In this document: piece after piece, positions 1 to 9,911 of the stretch
How the letters are laid out: the number at the start of each line of letters is the position of its first letter
Position numbering within the stretch: position 1 is the first letter of the stretch
From: an uncultured Gammaproteobacteria bacterium
GTDB lineage: Bacteria > Patescibacteriota > Patescibacteriia > Magasanikbacterales > GWA2-37-8
Assembly (NCBI GenBank): GCA_964540825.1
Contig: CAZINT010000001.1
Span: 348,565 to 412,564 of the forward strand
Length of the DNA stretch: 64,000 bases
Direction: 5' to 3'
Notes under the pieces: generated by a model
Databases searched by the model: none
The model's input: only the letters and a program-made list of their open reading frames with translations
What the model was told of the DNA's origin: nothing
Program-made: the position numbers and the translations under genes

Positions 1-55
1 ACGACAAGAACAAGAAATTGGGCCGAATAATTTACGCATTTCGGGGCTTAAGTCC

Positions 56-295
56 ATGCACGCGACACCGTATGTTGAAATGATTGTTGATGGGGAAGTG
101 GTTACCTTTATCGCTCATACTGCAGCCTATGGTTGGCAACCTGTTAGTACTGTTGAAGCGCTCAAAAAATCTGACCGGGGGAGCAAGGCTTTTCGAAAAT
201 ATGGTGCCAAGATATTTGACGAAGCACTCCGGCGGGTAAAAGAAATGTACCCTGAAGGAAGTGATCCGGCTGACGATATTTCTTTTAGCAGGTAG
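56..295 (+). CDS. hypothetical small protein
   Basis: 79-aa ORF at window edge upstream of T4SS-like ATPase; no recognisable motif. Confidence 0.3.
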   Translation: MHATPYVEMIVDGEVVTFIAHTAAYGWQPVSTVEALKKSDRGSKAFRKYGAKIFDEALRRVKEMYPEGSDPADDISFSR

Positions 296-368
296 ATACA
301 TACGCTCAAGAACGATTGTTTGCTTTATCTTGTTGTTTTTGGCTAACCATTGTATACTAGAGCTATCT

Positions 369-2642
369 ATGGATAGTCACGATCAGGCCCAAAATGAAAA
401 ATTAGCTGCCACAATTGACCCTGGGATCAATTTTTTTGGCATGACCAATTACCGGAATCAAAACCGGCGTTTTGGCATTAAAATCGATGATCGGCGGCGC
501 CATATGTATTTGGTTGGAAAGACGGGTATGGGCAAAACGACTATTTTGGAAAACATGGTGCTTAATGACATTTATTCAGGTCATGGCATTGGGCTCGTTG
601 ACCCGCACGGTGACTTTGCTGAAAAAGTGCTTAATTATATTCCACCCCACCGCATAAATGACATTGTTTATTTTAATCCATCAGACATTGATTATCCGAT
701 CGGGTTTAATATTTTAGAAGCAATTAACCCGGAGTATAAACATTTGGTTACCTCAGGGCTCATGGGTGTATTCAAAAAAATCTGGCCAGACGTGTGGAGT
801 GCGCGTATGGAATATATTTTGAATAATACAATTTTGGCGCTGCTGGATTTCCCGGGTACCACCCTCCTCGGGATTAATCGTTTGCTCGCTGATAACGAAT
901 ACCGCAAGCGTGTTGTTGCCAACCTTAAAGACCCGGTGGTAAAGGCTTTCTGGCAAACCGAATTTGCCGGGTATAGCGATAAATATAAGCAAGAAGCTGT
1001 TGCGCCTATTCAAAACAAGATTGGTCAGTTTTTGTCGGCTTCAATTATTCGTAATATTGTCGCCCAGGTAAAATCGCGTATTGATATCCGCCAGATCATG
1101 GATACCAAAAAGATTTTTATCATGAACCTCTCAAAGGGGCGCATTGGTGAAGATAATTCGCGCCTCCTTGGTGGTATGCTCATTACTAAAATCCAGCTTT
1201 CGGCCATGGAACGCGTTGATACGCCAGAACACCTGCGTAATGACTTCTTTTTGTATGTTGATGAGTTTCAGAACTTTGCGACGGAAAGTTTTGCTAATAT
1301 TTTGTCTGAAGCGCGTAAGTACCGTCTGGATTTGATTATGGCGCATCAGTACATGGAACAGCTTGATGAAAAAGTGTTGGCCGCAGTTATCGGTAACGTC
1401 GGTACGATGGTGACGTTTCGTGTTGGATCAAGTGATGCCGAAATTCTGGCTAAAGAATTTATTCCCACCTTTGTTGAAGAAGACTTGGTGAATTTGCCGA
1501 AGTATCATGTGTACCTCAAACTTATGATCGACGGCGTTGCGTCGCGTCCTTTTAGCGCCATGACCTTGCCGCCGATCGGAAGTCCGACCGGAAGTTTTGA
1601 TAAAGTTATTCGGGTGTCACGCGAGCGCTACGCTGTGAACCGCAATACGATTGAAGATAAAATTGCTCGTTGGAGCGGCATGGTGCTTCTTCCCGAAGAA
1701 GTTGAAGCCGAGCTTGCTATGGAACAAAATCAGCCGGTCTTCTTTAAAGAAGACCAGCCGCAAACTCCTCCTTCTGCACCCGCCGCACCAGCTCCGTCTC
1801 CGGCGCCCACTACTCCTTTGGGGCAAACTTCAGCTCCAGCTGCTTCGCCTCAAGTTTCTGTACCAAAATCGTCAGTATCTACCCCTGCTCCGGCTCCAGC
1901 CAGCCTCGTCAGTACGCAGCCGCAACGAACCGTTCATGTTAATCGCACTGGTCCGTTGCCAACCCCCAGTGCACCTACGCCTTCTTCAGCGCGGGTTCAG
2001 AGTATGCAGCGCACATCCGTAGTAGGTGTAGCGCAATCAGCCTCGCAACGCGAGCCTGCACGCGATGTGCCTCGTCCAGCGTCGCAAACAGTGGCAAATA
2101 GCACTGCTCCTGCCGGCGGATCCATGAATGCTGATGGCGAACGCAAGAAAAAACGGCGACGCAAAAAGAAAGGTGCTGGTGGCAGTGCTCCATCGCAAGG
2201 CGAACAAGTGCTTTTAGTTGATCCCTCCCAACAGGGGATATCGCTGAGCGCCATGCTGCCCAAAAATAATTCTTCATCAAATGATCGGCCGCGAAATGAT
2301 TCCAGGCCGCCTAGGCAGTCGCCTCCGCCCCAGCAAAATGCAGGCAGTAGCGATTCGCGTTCGACTCCGCGCGCCGATGACCGAAGCGCTCCTGAGCCAA
2401 TTAATTTAGGCGCACCCGCTCAGCCGCGAGAATTGTCACCTGCGCCGCAAGTAACCTCACCCCGAGCTCAACCTGTTCTCGCTTCGCCAGCGTCTGCAAA
2501 GCCTATTGCGGCCCCCGCGCCACAACCTGAGGTTGCGCCTCCGCCCGTCACGCCTTCACTTCCACCTGCTGCGCCCAAACCCCCAACACAGCCAACACAA
2601 TTGCAGCCCGGCCAAATTGCTCGGCTTGATATTGGACTCTAA
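369..2642 (+). CDS. TraG/VirD4-like P-loop NTPase (type IV secretion coupling-protein / FtsK-HerA superfamily) with ~300-aa Pro/Ala/Ser/Gln-rich disordered C-terminal tail
   Basis: Walker A 'LVGKTGMGKTT', Walker B-like 'FLYVDEFQNF'; start set at ATG 369 (MDSHDQ..) because upstream in-frame codons look non-coding; C-terminal 1700-2640 is low-complexity with a KKKRRRKKK patch. Confidence 0.5.
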   Translation: MDSHDQAQNEKLAATIDPGINFFGMTNYRNQNRRFGIKIDDRRRHMYLVGKTGMGKTTILENMVLNDIYSGHGIGLVDPHGDFAEKVLNYIPPHRINDIVYFNPSDIDYPIGFNILEAINPEYKHLVTSGLMGVFKKIWPDVWSARMEYILNNTILALLDFPGTTLLGINRLLADNEYRKRVVANLKDPVVKAFWQTEFAGYSDKYKQEAVAPIQNKIGQFLSASIIRNIVAQVKSRIDIRQIMDTKKIFIMNLSKGRIGEDNSRLLGGMLITKIQLSAMERVDTPEHLRNDFFLYVDEFQNFATESFANILSEARKYRLDLIMAHQYMEQLDEKVLAAVIGNVGTMVTFRVGSSDAEILAKEFIPTFVEEDLVNLPKYHVYLKLMIDGVASRPFSAMTLPPIGSPTGSFDKVIRVSRERYAVNRNTIEDKIARWSGMVLLPEEVEAELAMEQNQPVFFKEDQPQTPPSAPAAPAPSPAPTTPLGQTSAPAASPQVSVPKSSVSTPAPAPASLVSTQPQRTVHVNRTGPLPTPSAPTPSSARVQSMQRTSVVGVAQSASQREPARDVPRPASQTVANSTAPAGGSMNADGERKKKRRRKKKGAGGSAPSQGEQVLLVDPSQQGISLSAMLPKNNSSSNDRPRNDSRPPRQSPPPQQNAGSSDSRSTPRADDRSAPEPINLGAPAQPRELSPAPQVTSPRAQPVLASPASAKPIAAPAPQPEVAPPPVTPSLPPAAPKPPTQPTQLQPGQIARLDIGL

Positions 2643-2669
2643 TTACCTTATACAAAACTATTTTCTGAT

Positions 2670-3914
2670 ATGCGCTATTCTCATCTGTTTGGAAAAACCA
2701 GTAAAACAGCTCCGGCCGATGCCGAAAGCCGTAATGCCGAGCTTTTGACGCAAGGCGGCTTTATTTCAAAACAAATGGCTGGTGTATATAATTATTTACC
2801 GCTCGGTCTTAAAGTCCTTACTAAAATTCAAAATATCATTCGCGAAGAATTATCGGCTATTGGTGCCCAGGAGATCTTGATGCCGGCCATGACCCAGGAA
2901 GAAAGTTATGTAGCGACTGGCCGCAATACTATGGACGTATTGTTTCACATGCTTGGACAAGGGGATAGTAAGCTGGTCTTAAATCCTACCCACGAAGAAA
3001 TTGTGACTCCACTCGTGCAGCGCTACACTTTTTCGTATCACGACCTGCCTGTGGCGGTGTACCAAATTCAAAATAAATTTCGTAACGAGCCGCGTGCTAA
3101 GTCTGGGCTCCTGCGCGGTCGTGAATTCAACATGAAGGATTTGTATTCGTTCCATACTTCGAATGAAGACTTAGATATCTATTATGAAAAAGTTCAAACG
3201 GCGTATACCAAAATCTATCAGCGTCTTGGTATTGGCGAGCGTACGCTGTTGACCTATGCTTCAGGAGGCGATTTTAGTAAGTATTCGCACGAGTATCAAA
3301 CACTTTCCGAGATCGGTGAAGACACGATTCATGTTTGTGAAAAATGCCAGATTGCTGTTAATCAAGAAATTATTGCCGAGCAAGCAACCTGCCCCCAATG
3401 TTCAAATTCTGCTTTGATTCCAAAGAAAGCGATTGAGGTAGGAAATATCTTTAAATTGCACCAACGGTTTACCACCGCTTTTGGTTTTACGTTCCAGGAT
3501 GACAAAGGAGAAAATAAGCCTATTGAAATGGGTTGTTACGGTATCGGACCCTCGCGTATAATGGGAACGCTGGTCGAAGTTTTTAATGATGAAAAAGGGA
3601 TTTGTTGGCCAATGGCCGTTGCGCCGTATCAGGTGCATATGACCGTACTTGGCCCGGATGAGGCCGTTTTTGCAGCCGGAGAAAAACTCTATCAGGAATT
3701 ACTAGCCAAAGGAGTTGAGGTGCTTCTCGACGATCGCGCTGATGTGTCGGCTGGTGCCAAGTTTGCGGATGCTGATTTGATTGGTATTCCGCTTCGCATT
3801 GTAGTCTCGAAAAAGACCTTGGCTCAAAATGCGGTAGAAGTTAAAAAACGTAATGAAAAGGAAGCGAGTTTTGTTCTGCTCGATCAGATTGTTAATGCTC
3901 TGACAGTAAAATAA
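2670..3914 (+). CDS. proS: proline--tRNA ligase (short class II form without bacterial editing insertion; Cys-rich zinc insertion)
   Basis: Class II aaRS motifs (FRNEPRAKSGLLRGREF, GCYGIGPSRIMG), anticodon-binding C-terminal domain; 414 aa. Confidence 0.85.
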   Translation: MRYSHLFGKTSKTAPADAESRNAELLTQGGFISKQMAGVYNYLPLGLKVLTKIQNIIREELSAIGAQEILMPAMTQEESYVATGRNTMDVLFHMLGQGDSKLVLNPTHEEIVTPLVQRYTFSYHDLPVAVYQIQNKFRNEPRAKSGLLRGREFNMKDLYSFHTSNEDLDIYYEKVQTAYTKIYQRLGIGERTLLTYASGGDFSKYSHEYQTLSEIGEDTIHVCEKCQIAVNQEIIAEQATCPQCSNSALIPKKAIEVGNIFKLHQRFTTAFGFTFQDDKGENKPIEMGCYGIGPSRIMGTLVEVFNDEKGICWPMAVAPYQVHMTVLGPDEAVFAAGEKLYQELLAKGVEVLLDDRADVSAGAKFADADLIGIPLRIVVSKKTLAQNAVEVKKRNEKEASFVLLDQIVNALTVK

Positions 3915-3927
3915 AGAATGATACTGT

Positions 3928-4521
3928 ATGAACAATCAAATTGTCTTTGATATTGAAACCCAAAATACGTTTGCCGACGTCGATAATGACTTCAAGAAAT
4001 TACGCGTGTCAGTAGTGTCGCTATACTACTACGCCACCGATACCTATGAAAGTTTTACCGAAGACGAATTGCCAAAACTCTGGCCAATTTTTGAGCATGC
4101 TGATTTACTGATCGGGTATAACAGCGAACATTTCGATTTGCCGGTTTTAAATAACTATTATCTTGGTGACCTCCTGCAATTTCCAAACCTCGATTTGCTT
4201 AAAAAGATTAAAGAAAGTCTTGGAATTCGCCTTAAGCTCGACGATGTGGCGCAGGCAACGCTCGATAACGTTAAAAAAAGTGCGGAAGGTTTACAGGCCA
4301 TCCGCTGGTGGAAGGAAGGTAAGATTGATGAAATCAAGAAATATTGCGAACAGGACGTTTTGGTTACGAAAGAAGTGTATGATTTTGGACGCAAGAATAA
4401 GCAGTTGTTTTACAAGTCGTTAACCAACGAAGTTTTGCCGTTTGCCGTTGATTTTTCTTTTCCGAAACAACACTCTGAAGCGGGAGTCAAAAAAAGTATT
4501 AATTTAACTCTTCCGTTCTAG
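3928..4521 (+). CDS. DEDD-family 3'-5' exonuclease (DnaQ/RNase D-like fold)
   Basis: Exo I 'FDIETQN', Exo II 'YNSEHFDLPVL', Exo III 'YCEQDVLVTKEVY'. Confidence 0.5.
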   Translation: MNNQIVFDIETQNTFADVDNDFKKLRVSVVSLYYYATDTYESFTEDELPKLWPIFEHADLLIGYNSEHFDLPVLNNYYLGDLLQFPNLDLLKKIKESLGIRLKLDDVAQATLDNVKKSAEGLQAIRWWKEGKIDEIKKYCEQDVLVTKEVYDFGRKNKQLFYKSLTNEVLPFAVDFSFPKQHSEAGVKKSINLTLPF

Positions 4522-4527
4522 TCAGGT

Positions 4528-5703
4528 ATGGAAAAAAAATCCGTCTATCTTGACCACGCTGCCGCTACGCCACTTGAGCCGCGTGTATTGAAAACGATGA
4601 CTCCTTTTTTTAAGGAGTCCTTTGGCAATCCATCGGCAATTTACAAACTGGGCATTTCAGCCAAAACAGCAGTCGAAACCGCCCGAAAAAAAGTAGCAAC
4701 AATACTTGGCACCAATCCCGAAAATATTGTTTTCACGAGCGGGGGAACTGAAGCAAACAACTTAGCGATTCGCGGAACTGTGCGGTCGCAAGCTGCCGTA
4801 GGGAAACATATTGTGACGCTCAGCATTGAGCATCCGTCAGTGCTCGAACCGCTGCGCGAATACTATTATGAAGGGTTTGATATTACCTATGTTCCCGTAA
4901 ACGAAGTTGGTATTGTGCATCCTGAAGCAATCATCACTGCTATTACCCCGGCGACAATTTTGGTTTCGGTCATGTATGCCAATAATGAAATCGGCTCAAT
5001 TCAGCCAATTGCCGAAATTGGCCGGGCGATTCAAAAGTATCATCAAAAAAATAATACCACCTTTCCCTATTTTCACGTTGATGCCTGCCAGGCAAGTAAT
5101 TATTTGGAATTGAATGTCGAAAAGCTTCATGTGGATATGATGACGCTGAACGGTAGTAAAGTATATGGGCCAAAGGGGAGTGGCTGCCTGTATGTGCGCT
5201 CGGGAGTGATTCTTGACGCGCTTCTTGCCGGAGGCGGGCAAGAGCGCAATCTTAGATCCGGAACTGAAAATGTTCCTGCAATCGTGGGATTTGCCGAAGC
5301 GCTTACACTTGCTGATAGCCTGCGCAGCAAGGAATCCGGCCGGGTGAAAATGGTTACAGCGTATTTCTGGGAAGAGCTGAAAAAGGTTTTGCCATCAGTC
5401 CTTTTGAATGGTCCGGAAATAGGTGACGAACGTTTGCCAAATAATTTACATATTTTATTTCCGCGCCTGGAAAGCGATCAATTGCTTTTGTATCTTGATC
5501 AGGCCGGTATTTCGTGTTCCGCTGCTTCGGCCTGCGCGAGTCAGAGTCGCGAGGCATCGCATGTGCTAACCGCCATTAGCATGTCAGATCAAGCAGCACG
5601 TCAGTGTATTCGTTTTTCTTTGGGACGTAAAACAACTAAGGCCGACATCGACTATGTAGTGTCTGCAGTAGCCAAAATTTATCGAAAAATAGTCCAGTTT
5701 TGA
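4528..5703 (+). CDS. cysteine desulfurase (class V aminotransferase, IscS/NifS family)
   Basis: PLP-fold motifs 'SGGTEANNLAIRG', 'HVDACQA', active-site region 'SCSAASAC'; 391 aa. Confidence 0.8.
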   Translation: MEKKSVYLDHAAATPLEPRVLKTMTPFFKESFGNPSAIYKLGISAKTAVETARKKVATILGTNPENIVFTSGGTEANNLAIRGTVRSQAAVGKHIVTLSIEHPSVLEPLREYYYEGFDITYVPVNEVGIVHPEAIITAITPATILVSVMYANNEIGSIQPIAEIGRAIQKYHQKNNTTFPYFHVDACQASNYLELNVEKLHVDMMTLNGSKVYGPKGSGCLYVRSGVILDALLAGGGQERNLRSGTENVPAIVGFAEALTLADSLRSKESGRVKMVTAYFWEELKKVLPSVLLNGPEIGDERLPNNLHILFPRLESDQLLLYLDQAGISCSAASACASQSREASHVLTAISMSDQAARQCIRFSLGRKTTKADIDYVVSAVAKIYRKIVQF

Positions 5704-5731
5704 AAATTTTTTATATACATAGATCTTTACT

Positions 5732-6616
5732 ATGGAAAAAGATTCTCGCTACTTGCCAGAGCACGTGCAAAATCGTCATTTTGGTTTTGCTAGGTTTAAA
5801 AAATTTTTATCCGAGCAGCCCGATCTTGCAAATCATTTGGTGCCACAACAGGCCAGCGAGCTCTATGAGCTGCGTGACCCCGAAAAAATAAGTGCTTTTT
5901 TAATTGAAAAATTTTCGTTATCCCAAGAACGCGCTGAGGCTTTGGTTGATGTGATTAGGCGTGAAGAATTTAAAATTTTATTATCAAAACCCGGAATCGG
6001 ACTTTCAGAACAATTTGCCGCTCGTTTTGGTGACGATCTTTTTAATGCCCGGGATTATCAGACGGTTCAAAGGATTTTAACTGAAAACATTCCAAACGCG
6101 GTTTTAAAGGGTACGCTTTCGAGTAAAGTAATTAATATATGTGAATATAGAGGAATACCGATTGCACTTGACGAAGCGGAGCTTGAGCGAGCCGGGGTCG
6201 AATTGGGGCGACCGGACGAATTTGCCGTTGACAGTGCGCTCGCATTCGAAAAAAAAACTATTACTGACAATGACACTGAAACGTTTGCTGAAGGTAGCGA
6301 TAATCAAAAGTACTTAACGCAGGCTGGGAAAGTGCCCGAAGAGGTTGGCGCTACAACTTTTTATGATAACAAACGAGCGACATTACGATCGTCATCGCGC
6401 CCAGTTAAGGAAAATTCCAGCACTACATCTGCTCCTGAAAAAGGACCTGAAGGGAGTACCTTTTTTGTGCCACCAACACCAACACAGCCGCCCAAAACTA
6501 TTTTTGATCGTGGCACGGCAGTTAAAGATCTGCCTAAAAAAATCAAGCATCTTGATGATTTTGAGGCTCCGACTGATATTTTAAACCGTGCGCCCAAAAA
6601 AGATAAGGTGGCCTAA
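5732..6616 (+). CDS. hypothetical protein
   Basis: 294-aa ORF, no recognised domain; Pro/Thr-rich C-terminus. Confidence 0.35.
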   Translation: MEKDSRYLPEHVQNRHFGFARFKKFLSEQPDLANHLVPQQASELYELRDPEKISAFLIEKFSLSQERAEALVDVIRREEFKILLSKPGIGLSEQFAARFGDDLFNARDYQTVQRILTENIPNAVLKGTLSSKVINICEYRGIPIALDEAELERAGVELGRPDEFAVDSALAFEKKTITDNDTETFAEGSDNQKYLTQAGKVPEEVGATTFYDNKRATLRSSSRPVKENSSTTSAPEKGPEGSTFFVPPTPTQPPKTIFDRGTAVKDLPKKIKHLDDFEAPTDILNRAPKKDKVA

Positions 6617-6634
6617 ACTTCGTGAGGCTAGGGA

Positions 6635-6662
6635 TTGACAGGACGGCCGAGGCTTGTACTAT
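6635..6662 (+). promoter_or_regulatory. sigma-70-like promoter for dnaG-rpoD (TTGACA-16-TACTAT), very short leader
   Basis: TTGACA at 6635-6640, TACTAT at 6657-6662, ATG at 6675. Confidence 0.4.
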
Positions 6663-6674
6663 AGATGTACTTCT

Positions 6675-8471
6675 ATGACTGATACTCAGACAATTAAAGA
6701 CCGGGTGAGCGTCGTTCAGTTGATCCAGGAATATGTACCGTTAAAGAAATCCGGAGCCAACTGGAAAGGACGCTGCCCGTTTCATAATGAAAAATCTCCT
6801 TCTTTCATGGTGCACGAAGAAAAGCAAATGTGGCATTGCTTTGGGTGCAGTAAGGGGGGGGACATTTTTGCGTTTATCCAAGAAATCGAAGGAGTCGCTT
6901 TTCCGGAAGCACTCAAGATACTGGCTACGCGTGCCGGAGTCGTGCTCGATACTTTTAAGAGCGAAATTAATAGCAGTCAGCGCAACCGTTTGCTTGAGAT
7001 TCACGCCAAGGCAACTACCTTTTTTCACAAAATTTTACTCGATGTACCGCAAGCCAAACCGGCTCGTGAATATTTGGCGAAGCGCGGATTGGACCGCGCT
7101 GCTATTGAACTGTGGAATATTGGGTATGCACCCGAACAATGGGATTTATTGACCAAGTATTTAGTTGGCAAAGGTTGTACGCGTGACGACTTGGTGGCCA
7201 GTGGGCTCGTTATTCGGCGTGAAGATGCTGATCCCAAAACCGGTCGCGGCTTTTACGATCGTTTTCGCGGACGCATCATGTTTCCACTTTCGGATGTGCA
7301 GGGCGCAGTGGTAGGCTTTACCGGCCGTGTCTTGGTTGAAACAGAGCGTTCGGGTGGAAAATACGTGAACAGCCCACAAACGCTTATTTATGATAAGTCA
7401 CGGCTTTTATTTGGATTATCTAAAGCAAAAACAGCTATTAAGGCGCAAGGTTTTGCAGTTATCGTTGAAGGGCAAATGGATGTGATTGCGTGCCACCAGG
7501 CGGGGATGCTCAATGTCGTGGCGGCTTCCGGAACGGCGCTTACCGCTGAGCAGCTTAAATTATTAAAACGCTACACGACGACATTGTGTATTTCTTTTGA
7601 CGCAGATAGTGCCGGGCTCGCCGCAGACAAGCGGGGGATCGATGCAGCGCTCGAAGCGGGTATGGCAGTTAAAATTGTCAGTATCCCCGAGGGTGCCGGC
7701 AAAGACGCTGACGAGTGTATTAAAAAAAATAAGACAGTGTGGTTTAAGGCAGTAGAAGAAGCCAAGGGGGTTATGGAGTGGTATTTTGAGGTTGCTTTTA
7801 AAGGTAAAAATACTGCTACACCAGCCGGCAAGCAGGCGGTGGCGAGTCTGCTTGTTCCGCAAATTAATCGAATTCAATACCCTGTAGAGCGGGATTTTTG
7901 GCTCAAAGAGTTGTCGTCCCGGCTTCAAATCGACCCCTCGGTACTGGCCGAAGAAGGTCGGCGTCTGAAAGAGCCAGTCTTAAAGAATCGCTTTATTACG
8001 CAAAAAAACACCCCCAGTGCTCCAAAGGCACTGTCTCGCCCCGAACGCCTTGAGCTACTCCTTGGCGCCACCTGGTCACTCCTGAGTGCCTACCCGGATC
8101 ATTTCCCAGAGCTTAAAAATAATGGTTTTGAGGCTCGGTTTATGCAAGGATCGGCATTCATGCCCCTTTACGATTTATATGAAAAGCACTATACTATGAG
8201 CCAAGGAAGCGATTCTGACTGGCTTAAGCGGTATGTTCCGGTTAGCCCCGAGGTGTCGCTCGAAATTTTGCAGTTGCGCGCCGAACGCGACTACCCGGGC
8301 ACAACTACGGCTACGGCTTTGAAAGAACTCCAGAGTTTGGTTGTAGTAGTGAGAGAGGAGTGGCTCAAACGACAGCGCAAAGACTTGCAGTTCCGGATTG
8401 AACAGGCTGAGAGAGAAAAGAATACAGAGCTCCTCAAACAGTTGCTCCAGGAGATTCAATCGCTCGCATAA
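6675..8471 (+). CDS. dnaG: DNA primase
   Basis: CHC2 zinc finger 'CPFHNEKSPSFMV..HCFGCSKGGD', TOPRIM region 'VIVEGQMDVIA..SFDADSAG'; start moved to ATG 6675 downstream of promoter -10. Confidence 0.85.
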   Translation: MTDTQTIKDRVSVVQLIQEYVPLKKSGANWKGRCPFHNEKSPSFMVHEEKQMWHCFGCSKGGDIFAFIQEIEGVAFPEALKILATRAGVVLDTFKSEINSSQRNRLLEIHAKATTFFHKILLDVPQAKPAREYLAKRGLDRAAIELWNIGYAPEQWDLLTKYLVGKGCTRDDLVASGLVIRREDADPKTGRGFYDRFRGRIMFPLSDVQGAVVGFTGRVLVETERSGGKYVNSPQTLIYDKSRLLFGLSKAKTAIKAQGFAVIVEGQMDVIACHQAGMLNVVAASGTALTAEQLKLLKRYTTTLCISFDADSAGLAADKRGIDAALEAGMAVKIVSIPEGAGKDADECIKKNKTVWFKAVEEAKGVMEWYFEVAFKGKNTATPAGKQAVASLLVPQINRIQYPVERDFWLKELSSRLQIDPSVLAEEGRRLKEPVLKNRFITQKNTPSAPKALSRPERLELLLGATWSLLSAYPDHFPELKNNGFEARFMQGSAFMPLYDLYEKHYTMSQGSDSDWLKRYVPVSPEVSLEILQLRAERDYPGTTTATALKELQSLVVVVREEWLKRQRKDLQFRIEQAEREKNTELLKQLLQEIQSLA

Positions 8472-8501
8472 AATTATTGTCTTATATCTAATTTTACCCC
8501 C

Positions 8502-9857
8502 ATGACTGCTAAGGCCATTCTCTCTTCCGCGGCTCGTTCTAAAAAGAAGAACAAAGCCCCGAGTGTCAAACCAAAGGCAGTTTCACTTAAAAAGAAACCA
8601 GCCGCCAAAGCAGCTCAGCGTAAACCGCTCAAAGCAATTGCTAAAAAGATTCTCAAAAAACCGCTCGTAAAAAGTGTTTTAAAAAAAGGCGCTGACACCA
8701 AATCCAAGTCAGCAAGTAAAGGACCGATCAAAAAATTTGTTCCACCGCAACCGGAAATTGTGGTAGAGCCGACGATGGAGCAGATTTGGGAAATTTTACT
8801 GAAAGGCCGTAACCGCGGCTTTGTCACCGAAATTGAACTGGGCCGCGTCATGCCGCGCCCGGAATGTTACCTTGACTTGTACGAGGGTTTTTTGGATTTA
8901 ACGGATAAAAATGGTGTCACAATTGTAGAGACGGCCAGCAACTTGCTTGGTGTTGCCGGTGAACAAAAAACAACACTTAAACAGTTTCAGGGTGCCCAGC
9001 CGGATATGGATGTACCGTTTGATTTGGGTCAAATTTCTTCCGACTCGATCCAGATGTATTTACGCGAAATTGGTAAAATTCCACTGTTGAATACTGAGGA
9101 AGAAGTATCGCTTGCCAAGCGTAAAGAACGCGGTGACAAAGCCGCAGAACGCAAGCTGATTGAAGCCAACCTGCGCCTCGTTGTTTCAATTGCCAAAAAA
9201 TTTGTGGGCAAAAGTTTATCGCTCCTCGATTTGATTCAAGAAGGCAATATTGGTTTATTCCGCGCGGTGAAAAAATTTGATCACCGGAAAGGCTACAAAT
9301 TTTCAACCTACGCCACCTGGTGGATCCGCCAGGCTATTACTCGCGCTCTGGCTGACCAGTCGCGTACGATTCGTATTCCGGTCCATATGGTGGAAACGAT
9401 TAATCGCTTCCAGCAAGTTCGCCGCCGTCTCTTGCAAGACCTTGGCCGCGATCCAACAGTAGAAGAACTGGCTGCTGAAATGGGTGAAGAGGTGGAAAAG
9501 ATTCAGCATATTATCAAAATTTCTCAGGATATGGTGTCCTTGGAAGTATCGGTTGGTGACGATGATGATGACACCCAGCTGAGTGACTTTATTGAAGACG
9601 TCAAAAATATTTCTCCGGATCGTGCTGCAGCTCTCCAGATACTCCGCGACTACGTGCAATCTGCCGTTAAAGACTTGGTGCCTCGTGAACAAAAAATTCT
9701 CGAAATGCGTTTTGGTCTGACCGACGGCGTTACTCATACGCTCGAAGAAGTGGGGCAGGAATTTGGTGTTACACGCGAACGTATCCGTCAGATTGAGGCA
9801 AAAGCCTTGGAACGCATTCAGCAGTCGGATATTATTACCAAGCTCAGGGATTATTAG
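8502..9857 (+). CDS. rpoD: RNA polymerase sigma-70 factor RpoD with Lys/Ala-rich basic N-terminal tail
   Basis: Region 2 '[55 protein letters not shown]', region 4 HTH at C-terminus; dnaG-rpoD synteny. Confidence 0.85.
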   Translation: MTAKAILSSAARSKKKNKAPSVKPKAVSLKKKPAAKAAQRKPLKAIAKKILKKPLVKSVLKKGADTKSKSASKGPIKKFVPPQPEIVVEPTMEQIWEILLKGRNRGFVTEIELGRVMPRPECYLDLYEGFLDLTDKNGVTIVETASNLLGVAGEQKTTLKQFQGAQPDMDVPFDLGQISSDSIQMYLREIGKIPLLNTEEEVSLAKRKERGDKAAERKLIEANLRLVVSIAKKFVGKSLSLLDLIQEGNIGLFRAVKKFDHRKGYKFSTYATWWIRQAITRALADQSRTIRIPVHMVETINRFQQVRRRLLQDLGRDPTVEELAAEMGEEVEKIQHIIKISQDMVSLEVSVGDDDDDTQLSDFIEDVKNISPDRAAALQILRDYVQSAVKDLVPREQKILEMRFGLTDGVTHTLEEVGQEFGVTRERIRQIEAKALERIQQSDIITKLRDY

Positions 9858-9911
9858 GGTCCTCGTCTTTTGAATCAAGCTACGCTTTTTTAAGCTATTG
9901 ATTTAGAATTT

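Noticed and set aside
261-368. N-terminal 36 codons of the 793-aa ORF track entry
   Set aside because: AT-rich, hydrophobic junk-like translation. ATG 369 (MDSHDQ) gives a sensible start.
1651-2280. ORFs 1651-2022 (+) and 1975-2280 (-) inside the VirD4-like tail
   Set aside because: Artefacts of low-complexity Pro/Ala-rich coding sequence in other frames.
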